From a virus, in IMG/VR virus record IMGVR_UViG_3300035670_012130, positions 42,126 to 106,125 of that record: a stretch of DNA of 64,000 nucleotides, one strand, 5' to 3'. Made by a program: the position numbers and the translations under genes. How positions within the stretch are numbered: the stretch's first letter is position 1; each line of letters starts with the position of its first letter. Of the stretch, positions 28,301 through 38,200 are shown in pieces. Under the pieces are notes generated by a model. The model had not been told where the DNA came from. It ran no database searches and saw only the letters and a list, made by a program, of their open reading frames with translations.

Positions 28301-29292
28301 TTGTCAATCGTGTCAGTAAAATTGACCAAAAAGATTTTATCACTGCCATAAACTTGAGTAAAAATTATATTCAATCGTTTAATAGATTTGAAAGTAAAAT
28401 TAGCAGCATCTCTCAAAGACAAAGAATAAGAGAAACTTTACAAGATATCAACATTACAAATAATGAGATAAATAATTCAACTGTTCAAATTACAAATAAA
28501 ACACAAAAAGTTCAATTGCAAGAGTTTATTCAGAATCTTAATTTGTTGGAGACTGAGAAAAATACAACTATCTTAAATCGTTTTAGTTTTGAGAGTAATA
28601 AAAATAATATTTCTAATTTATTTAATGAACTAAACCTGACACAACAAATCAAGCAAGAAAAGCGAACTGAAAGAGAATTTGCCCGTATATCTAAACGATT
28701 AGATAGGATGAATAAAGAAACTATCAAAGTCCAGGGTAATTCGTACAAAGTTGAACAAAATTTCTTCGATATGATGAATTTTTACAATGAGCAGAAAGTA
28801 ACAAAGACAAGTAAAGACAGAAAGGTGAATAATTTCTTTCAATTGTTGGATGTACTAAATGTTCAGAAAACCACTAACGAAAGAAAAGTTACTCAAAAAA
28901 TTCAGAAAATTGAACAAGTTCAAAACCGTATTGTAAATAACACTTCTCAGATCAAGATCGATGTTTACAAAGAAAAGAAAGATAATTATTACAAGGTAGA
29001 TAATCGTCAAACTTTCACCACAAACAATTATCATCAAGAGAAAGAAGAACAGAAAAAAACAGAAAAGATAGTTGAAAACAAAGTAGAGGAGTTGCTTGTC
29101 AAGAAAATTGAAAATGTAACAAATAATTTAGTGACTAATGTAATCACTAAAAATGAATTCAACACTATCAAAAAAGAAATAATCCAAGAAATTTACAACA
29201 TAGAAATGAAGACAGAAGAACGAATCAAAGAGCTGCGTAAAGAAACCCAGCAGACTGTACAAACTATGTTAGAAAGATTCTTAAGAAGTTAA
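25372..29292 (+). CDS. Asn/Ile/Lys-rich low-complexity protein, tape-measure-like
   Basis: 1306 aa, imperfect KISNIEN / NLTK repeats, no Trp; lies upstream of tail-tip-like genes. Confidence 0.45.
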   Translation: MPDIDFIEYDKISIQSDAFITSAELNCYFQYIPSTKAISYNIKKELHTAGTTTDPNDYKIPDVSDKILPRKLYRINPFHSNYSENLELNKVNVDPDIIYPTKIKEQKQKNIDYSVLGLNSDQIEFMMALQNLKSLKSDDSIKKLDIEQFEAIDEIVSNGFFQLYPRYMEMLTTVVSGGFNQFFEDTESTETINENEALVNDAIKKLGLNPSEVRVKKKFEVRSGNSKKDEVNAYLQDISFSNNVANNTRSINNNSVSNINQINLQNNNKIDIQVRSSRVVNNLNSINSTDFNFINNTNRTVSQLVTNVNKFSESAKLDFDNLFKSMLKDLNLTPNIENQYYKIVNQHSKNLSVEFNRILNHSEKTVYETNLKNLSSSYNFYRHIENRYREFIQNLNFFNDTVQQIKQTEINLKNTYENIHRHSVTHKNNHYKNIINLTKNVNYEYTANDYEFQYAVLKTIKNSNQYVENKISKIKNDLNIAQQNISFVHHRMVHIQEKTSNFVVKEIKNVLNNTDYIDEYSNIIVNKISNISNNQTVRALLSLVTNEEQLSSIYTVLRQSNINTSNIKNLVDVINYSKNNNFEITKVSSSTVENIKSLVSLSKNIVDLNNTENKIIQNVDKNIVNKLSSINVEEFKSFVNLSESKSFTKIAQSYKNISNVIENLNTISINPKISSIRVDQNKVDNFNQTINQSNIGFVVEKLSNFNTENITEKINLLKNINITQDIKKTENFVRKITRLARYNNVNKITENIDEISNLQSNVNTAEFKTEIQNLKNLINVSKNVNISNIENLKVSELNLVSDNIEKLSKISQINNLTQEQVNVVKQISQIENINQINKIINLTKTNDISNIKLSNVNQITEVVQKISNIENKDLLKVVNLTKTVQERKIYNRISNLVKNVEILDTVNVTQETAQNISKISNTNNINQITKDLNLISQNYQEFKTSVQQIKNIAQVKNVDQIVKNLNYVNNIIQENNIVNRVSKIDQKDFITAINLSKNYIQSFNRFESKISSISQRQRIRETLQDINITNNEINNSTVQITNKTQKVQLQEFIQNLNLLETEKNTTILNRFSFESNKNNISNLFNELNLTQQIKQEKRTEREFARISKRLDRMNKETIKVQGNSYKVEQNFFDMMNFYNEQKVTKTSKDRKVNNFFQLLDVLNVQKTTNERKVTQKIQKIEQVQNRIVNNTSQIKIDVYKEKKDNYYKVDNRQTFTTNNYHQEKEEQKKTEKIVENKVEELLVKKIENVTNNLVTNVITKNEFNTIKKEIIQEIYNIEMKTEERIKELRKETQQTVQTMLERFLRS

Positions 29293-29294
29293 AA

Positions 29295-32200
29295 ATGGCC
29301 ACTTATAAAATAGATAGATCAAGCAGTTTACAATCAACTGGTAAATTTAAATTTGATTATCAAATTAATGTAATTGGAGATGATTTATTTGCTGGATTTT
29401 CTAATATTTATAATACTATATCAGCTGGAGCATTTCCAAAGTTCACACTAAAAGGTACTACTTTTTCCTTGTATGTTGGCGATACACCACCAAATACTGT
29501 TGGTGGGGATGCTAAGCCAGAAGGACATCCCTGGGCAGACAGAGGAGGATTCTACGGGTTTGGAAATTTTTTAGATAGTGGAAGAAAATTATTAAAAATA
29601 CCAATAACATTTCAAATACAATGTGAAGGCGCTATTTTACTTCCAAATGGCTCTGCTGACAAAGATTATTATGAAACAATAATTTTGTATACTGAACCAT
29701 ATGATTTTATTAATAAACCAAATAAAAGTGCTTCTGGATCTATAGAAGGAGAATTTTTTGTAGGTTTAGGGACAAATGAATTTGTTGACATAGATGAATA
29801 TTATCCTTCAGAAAATTATTTTATAGGATCACCCGTATGTCCTGATAATGAAGATGAATTTTGGAAGAACAAAGATTTAACACAAGAAACTGTTAGACAA
29901 TGGCCTAAATATACGAGTTTGAACTGGTATGAATCAGTAGACCCAAAAACTAAATCATATGTTGGAATAAAAATAAAATTTACTAATCCAAAAGGGCAAT
30001 TAACAACATATACAAAAACTTTTTTGATACAAAATCCTTTATTATTAGATATAGAATCTCAAGATAAAAAATTTATTAATGCTTGGACGACAGTAAGCTC
30101 AAATTCAGGTTATATAAGTATATCAAGTAATATTCCTGTTGATTCTGGAGACCAAGATTTTGTCAAGAAAGAACATTCTCAATGTGATACACAAAATTAT
30201 AATTTGACTGCTTTTCCTGGAGCTTCTGCATCTGATAATCCAAAATGTACAGCCACAATAGATTTAGAGTCTGATCCTCCTAGAAAAGTAACCTTTGAGT
30301 CGAAAACTTTCGATTGGAATAATACACATACTGATCCATTGACTGCATATATAGTTGGTTTTAATTCAGATGGTAAAAACAGAAAAAAGTTTAGAAATAC
30401 AAACAGACTTATACCATTACCTACATATGCGACAATTACAACAAATTCTGGGAATGTTGGATTAATAGAACAAACATACAGATATAATTTTGGATCAATT
30501 CAAGTTAGAGAAGCTGATGGATTGTCAGCTTCTTCTAAAGTAATAGATTTTAATAATCAACAAAAATGGATTTATGGTTTAGTTGACACAGTAAAATCCA
30601 AAGAACCATTAGACGATTTGGAAAGCCCACCAAAAAACTACGATTTTCCTATTAAGTTTGTAAGATCAGCTGATGGCTGTTATGATATTAATGAAACCAA
30701 TAGAGAATTAACTTTAGATAAATATGATTTTCCAGGTTCGGTACCTTTGCCTTTAAGAGGTTGGAAATTCAACTCAATGTCTTTAACACAAAATAAAGAA
30801 TTTATCATTGAAGGCACTGGGAATGTTAGATTTTACAATGGGTCTAAAGGCGAACCTCATTTTTATGGAAATCAAAATCTTTCTGGATATAGATATTTAG
30901 AGATTGAATTAAAATCTTTGGGTCAATTGCAAAGTGGCAATTTGATAATTACAGAAACATCAAAAGGTCCAACATTACAATCAAGTTCAAAAATCGAATC
31001 TACTAAATCTTTTAAAATACAAACAGACTCATCTACATACAAAACATTACGAATTGATCTATGTAATCCTGACAACAAGATAGATAATGTTGATAATCAA
31101 GATTCACCTTACCCAAGACTTAATACATACACTACATCTAAGCCACAAACTACTAGTCCATTTGGATATTTATCTAAAGAAAACAATCCAAAAGACAATT
31201 TTATAATAACCAAGCCTAATATTAATTCTGAATCATTAAATTGGATCACTGATGATATAAAACAAAAAATTAAGAATTCTGGAATTGTGTATCTTACCGA
31301 TTCCAATGATAATACTGTAGATTATTTTGAAGTAAATACAAGTGCATTTCCAAAAACTGGAATTGGTACCAATGTCATATTTGGCAAACCAAGGGTCAAC
31401 AATGGCAAAATTAAATTAGCAAAACCTTGGAATGGAAATATACCAGATATTTCTCGTAAAGAATTATTTGTCTATATAGTAAAAAATGACCTTACAAATG
31501 GCAAAACAATAGATGATTTATTAAATCGAAGTTCTGATGGCACTTATCCTGATGAATTTGAAGTATATGACTTTGACCCAGGTTTACCAGATATTTCAGA
31601 AGTAGTTTCTAAGACAACTTTTGATTTTACCGATGGTGCTGGAATTATTTATATAAATCCAATACCTTCTTATGAAAACAATCAAATAACACCTTATGAT
31701 GGAATTGAAGTTGAAGATAAAACTAAAAACTTAGTAAAATCATACAAAATTGTCGATTATGTAAATGATATTGCAAATACTGGAAAAGCTTATTTTACAG
31801 TACAAATTCCTAATGATTACAATACAAATAACAAGTTTTCTATAGGTTCAACAATAAAATTAAAATTTTTAGATAATTTTTCAGATGACAGATTCAATAG
31901 TATAATTGTGAAATTTAATAAAGTAGAAAAATATCAAAATTTTTACAGAGCACAAATTGAGTATGCTAAGTTAGACAAAAATAGCCCACCTGATTATGAA
32001 GGCATACCAAAACTCAAGAACAATCAAACTTTCATTTTATCAGCAAATGCACCAATCATTACAGTCAAGCCAGTAAGACTAGTAGAAAAAACTTTCCCAA
32101 TTAGTACTATCTTAAATACTAACTTGATTGCAAATTCACCATCTGGTCCCGAAATTAATGCTATTGATGATGCTCCTGAAGATGAAGCTTCTAACGGTCC

Positions 32201-35200
32201 TTATTATGGTATTTCTAGAATATCAAAAATTGAAATTGATAATGAACAATTGGTATTGGGACAGGCAAAATTAATTCGAAATAATTCTTTGAGTAACTTT
32301 GTCGCATCTGGAAACAATAATACTTTTGTTGAAAAAACCAAATACCAAGCTTCAAGCACATCTGAAACTCAGTATTACACAAGAAGATTTTGGCAACAAA
32401 ACACTGATGGAAGGGATGAAGAAGAAGGCGATATAACTTGGCAAAATATTATCACATCTAATTTAGATTACTGGACTTTGTCTCCAAAATCTATATCAGG
32501 TTTGTGTGATGATATTACAAAGATTGATTCTTATGTCAATCCAAGGTGGTTAGATCCAAATAATTCTGAAGCAAAAATTATAAGACATCCAGGATGGCAA
32601 GCTAAAAAATTTGATAAAAGCTATCCTACAGATCCAATTACTGGAAATAGAATATATGGAAATAAGTTAGATCCAGAATATTTAAATTCAGATACAGGCT
32701 ATGCTACTTGGGTTTATGGTAATGGACTTTTAGCATTGCCTAGTGGTAAAAACAGTGGCTCTGGAACTTCATATGTCAATGCAATAAATATTTCTTTTAA
32801 TGATTTACAAACAATTTTAGCACAAACTATCTTCCATAGAATTAATGGAAATTTTCCACCAGGTAAACCAGATTTATTTGGGAATTCTTCTTTAAGAAAT
32901 GAAGATGGAACAGTTCAAGAATCTACATTGCATTTGCGTGGGGGTTTTATTGCAAGAGGACCAGGATATGGACTAATCCTACCTCCTCAAAAAAGTACCG
33001 CTGACAACTTAAGAAAAGCAAACTTAATTGAAGTTTCATCAAAACTAAATAAAGGATCATCTGAATCTGATGCAAAGGGTTATTTTGAAACTGGTTCTGT
33101 TTATGGGAAAAATAAAATTGACCATTATATAGAATTAGAAAAGTCCAAAAACTTTACAACGCCATCGGATTTTAGAAGTTCTACACGAAATTTTTCTCAA
33201 GCAAAAAGAGAACGAGCAGCTTATAAGGGTGGAAAACAAAGTGTTGCTACAAATATTTCTGCTTGTGAATCAGGTTTTGAAAAATCTATAGTAATAGCAT
33301 ATACCATCCCTACTACAAAGCCTGGTGAAGAAAATCAAACAGCAATCATTCAAACTGATTCATTCTTCACTCAACAATATGAAAAGTATCCTGTTGGATA
33401 TAATACAATTACTGGTTCTGGAGTAACAATCAAGGGTGAATTTCCATTTGTATTAGGCTCAGAAACGCATATAAATCAAGCATTTAGAGTAAATACTTTT
33501 TTATTGACTGAAAGAAACTCAAATACAAAAGCTACAAGTTCTCACGATTACGAATCCTTAATTGCTGCAAATACCGATATGAGAAATAAACTTTCTTGGT
33601 ATCCATTTATTGACGGACAATCAAAGATAGATGCAAATTTTTCTACTCTATCGAAAGCTTTTAAGGGAACGAAATATAATTCTTATGCAATTTCAGATCA
33701 AGCCCCTCAATTATTTAATGTAGGTTATGCTGATCCTGGTGCAATTGTTTTTAGATCAATCTCTTTAAGTACCACTAATATTAATGCTCCAGTCACTGAT
33801 AAAACAATTTTTATTGATGGTGTTGCTCCAACATATATTTCTGATTTTAGATTGATAGAACCAATCACATCATCTGGAATTGCATATTCATCATTTCCAA
33901 CAGTGGCACAAATATCTTCTAGAGAATATATTGTCGCTTATTCAATGAATGCAAATCCAAGGCAGATTAATTTTAAGATAATTTCAAATTATCAAGCACA
34001 AAATAAAAATACGCTTTTTGATTTGGATGCTCTTACTGGAAATACTCTGTCTGACCAATATAATATCTATGGATTAACTTCTGATTATGATGAAAGATTA
34101 GGATTACATAGATCAGTATTTTGGTGCAATGGTGGAATTTATTATTTTGAATATGCACTTTCATCTAGTAATTTGGGGCAAAAAAGATCTGATAAATTAC
34201 ATCTAATTAAAGGTAAGTTAGATGAAGCTCTAGTTACAGAATTAAGTAACAGAAACAATATTGTCACTTATTATGATGCTAATAGTGAACTCAACGCTGA
34301 AGTGCCCAAACAAAAACCTGCCTTAATTACTTGCAAAAAACAAGAGTATAATGGAAAAGTTTTTGTAGCTTATGATACGGGCAAATGTTATATAGAAGCA
34401 GTTTTATTTCATCCTTTTTCAAAGATATTAGGTACTAGAAAGTTTGACATTGAATGTGTTAATGATTCAGGTTCAAATTTAAAAGATACAACCCCAATAG
34501 CAGATATTCAAGCAGATCCTACAAGCGGACAATCAGCATTATTAGTAAACTTTTTGTCAACAAATTCGTATGATCCTGGTGGTAGTACTCTTACTTATGC
34601 TTGGAACTTTGGTGATGAAACTCAATCTACTGAAGAAAATCCATCACATACTTTTGTAAATAATACAACAACACCAATTGAATTCAAGGTAACTCTTATC
34701 GTTACGAACACAAGTGGTGTAAGTAGTGATCCAGCTACAATCACAATTACAGTAAATCCAGCTCCAGTAAATAATCTTTCTCCACAAGCTAAATTTTCTG
34801 CAACACCTACTTCTGGGGATGTAATCTTAACTGTTTCATTCTCAGACCAATCTAACCCAGCAAACGATGGTTCTTTCATACAGATATATGAATGGGATTT
34901 TGGAGATGGAAACACAGCAATCAAATTTGATAACGTGCCATTTACCTATGATTACACAAAAGTAGGTTCATTCACTCCAACTCTTTTTGTCAAAGATAAT
35001 TTAGCAAGATTGTCAAGCAAATATTTTGGTCCTACAATCAATGTGAATGGTGTACCTAACAATCCACCATCACCAGATTTTAAGTGGGCTCAAACATCAT
35101 TTACACCAACATTAAAAGTGCAGTTTACGGACACTTCTAGTGATGTTGAAGGTTCTTTAGTTGCTTGGCATTGGGATTTTGGAGATAGTCAAACCGCCGA

Positions 35201-38200
35201 TGTGCAGAATCCAGAGCACATATATGCTTCTGCTGGCACATATCTAGTAGTTCTTACTGTGACAGATTCTGGAGGATTGAAAGAATCAGTTGCAATTCAA
35301 ATTACTGTAGTTCCACCAGGTAATAATCCACCTATAGCTAACTTCTCATTTTCACAACAGAATAGAAAATTGGTTATTGACTTTGTTGATACGTCTTTAG
35401 ATACAGATGGAACAATAACTACTTGGAATTGGAATTTTGGTGATAATTCTACTGACACTGTGCAAAATCCATCTCACACTTATTTGTCAGCTGGAACATA
35501 TCAAGTTACTCTTACGGTCACTGACAATGGCGGAAAATCAGGTTCTATAACAAAAAATGTAATTGTCAATCCATTAATTAATCAATCACCAACTATTTCA
35601 AATATTACAGGTACCCAGACAAGCTTCAAACCTTTAATTGGTAAATTTACTGAAACATCTTCTGACCCTGATGGATTTATAACTAAATGGGATTGGAATT
35701 TTGGAGATGGTCATACATTCTCAACTACAGATTCTGCGCTCAAGAATCCATCAAATACTTATTTATTCCCGGGCACATATACAGTTTCTTTAACAGTTAC
35801 TGATGATGGCTTGCCTGATGGAACAAATAAAAAAACTGCAACTTCATCAATTCAATTTGTTGTTGAACCACCTCCAGCTAATCAACCACCTGTAGCTTTG
35901 TTTACAGTTGATGCTAATAATGTTTTGGCGCCAGCAACAATCTTGTTTACAGATCTGTCTACTGATTCAGACGGGCAAATAATAAGTTGGCTTTGGGAGT
36001 TTGAGTCTGGAAGCACTTTATTCTACAATTCTCAAACATATCAGAAAACCGTATCTCATACTTTCACAAGATCAGGTACTTATCCAATTAGATTGACTGT
36101 AACCGATGATGGCAATTTAAAGAACACATATATTTTAGATGTAGTAGTTAAAAATAATGCTCCGGTTGCAATAATTTCAGCTTTTCCAAATCCAGTATTG
36201 TCTAAAACCCAAGTAAATTTCTTTGGAAATACTTCTTATGATTCTGACGGAAATATCACAAAATATGCTTGGAACTTTGGTGATGGTACAGTTATATCTC
36301 AAGGAAGAACAACTGAATCTCATACATATCTTAAACCAGGAACATATCAAGCTTCACTAACTGTCACTGATAATACAGGCGACAGTTCAACAGCCAATTT
36401 GTTGATCAATGTTGCTAATAGAAATCCTGTAGCGAGAATAACTTACACCACTTTGACTGTAAAAGCACCAGGAAGTCTAACATTCAACGGAGATACTTCC
36501 ACAGACGAAGATGGAATAATAGCTTCTTATAGTTGGAGTGTAGCTGGTTCCGTTGTTGCATCAACTCCTAACACAACAATCAATTTTGCTACAGAAGGGA
36601 CATATGTAGTTTCCCTCACTGTAACTGATGATTTTGGCGCTACTAACACTTCAAGCTTTTCAGTTAGTGTTACCCCACCTGACAATATACTACCACTTGC
36701 TGTTCTTTCAGTAGATAAAAATTCTGGAGTGATAAATGATACATTTGTTTTTAATGTATCGGAATCAAGAGACCCAGACGGTTCTATCATTTTGTATCAA
36801 TTGGATTTTGGTGATGGCACTTCTACACAGTTTGTAAATTCTGCACCAATTTCTCACGTTTATAAAACAGTAGGTTCTTACACAGCTAAATTAACTGTAA
36901 CTGACAATAGGAATGGAATCAGCTTAGAAACTACCAATTCTATCAAAATTATCACTATCAATAATCAACCTCCTGTAGCAAGTTTTTCATATAGTCCTGT
37001 AGGCGCATTTACATTTGATCCTATTACATTCACAGATAATTCAAGTGATCCAGAAAATGCTTTATCTAGATGGTCCTGGGATTATGGCGATGGAACTAAT
37101 TTTACAACCACCGATCCATTGCAAAAAAACCCAACCAAGTCTTACAATAAAGGCAACAGAAATTACACTGTATCTCTTACTGTGTATGATAACTTTGGAT
37201 TATCAAATACAATATCTCAAATTGTAAGCATAAATAATAGAAAACCATTTGCTGTAATTTCAACTAACAGCACCCCAAGAAATAATGTAATTACAGGTAT
37301 TGCTCCATTCACTGTAATATTTGATTCAAATTCTTATGATCTTGATGGCACAGTTGTAAATTATGAATGGTATATAAATGGTTTAGTAGGAACACCTTTT
37401 ACTACCAAATCTTTCACTTATACTTTCAGTACAGCAAGATTCACTCCATATTCTGTGACATTAAGAGTACAAGATGATGATGGTGTTTGGAGTGACTTGA
37501 CCAATATTGGTGTGAAAGTAAATGCTCCAAACGTTCCACCAGTTGCAGTTATATCAGCGAACCCTCAATCAAATACAAGTTTTGCTCCGATTTCTGTAAC
37601 TTTCTCTGCTGCTGGAAGTTATGATCCTGATAATATCGGAGGACCATTAATTTATTCTTGGGATTTTGGAAATGGAAATGTTTCAGATCAAACTATTGCT
37701 GCAACAACTTATAATAATCCAGGAACATACAAAGTTTATCTTACTGTTACAGATAATTTAGGTGCAACAAATACTGCAACTCTTGATTATATTGTCAAAA
37801 ATAATAAACCAGTGGCATTATTGGATACATTACCATCTGGAATAGTATCAATAAGAGTAAACACACCTATAGTTTTTACTTCTTCTGGAAGTTATGATTC
37901 TGATGCAAATCAATTCATCAATGGATATAAATGGCTGAAAGATGGTATCAATCAAAATTCTAATACTCCAACTTTTGAAACATCATTTGATAGTATAGGC
38001 AATCACACAATTACTTTAAGTGTGTTTGATAATTTAGGTTTGGAATCTAATACAGTTAACAAAACTATATTTGTATTCCAAGATCCTGCACCTCCACCAC
38101 CAAATCAAAACCCAATAGCAATACTAGGAAATGAGCCTAGTGTTTCAGGATACATTGAACTTAAGGTAGGAGACAGTTTTACTTTCAATGGCTCTAATTC

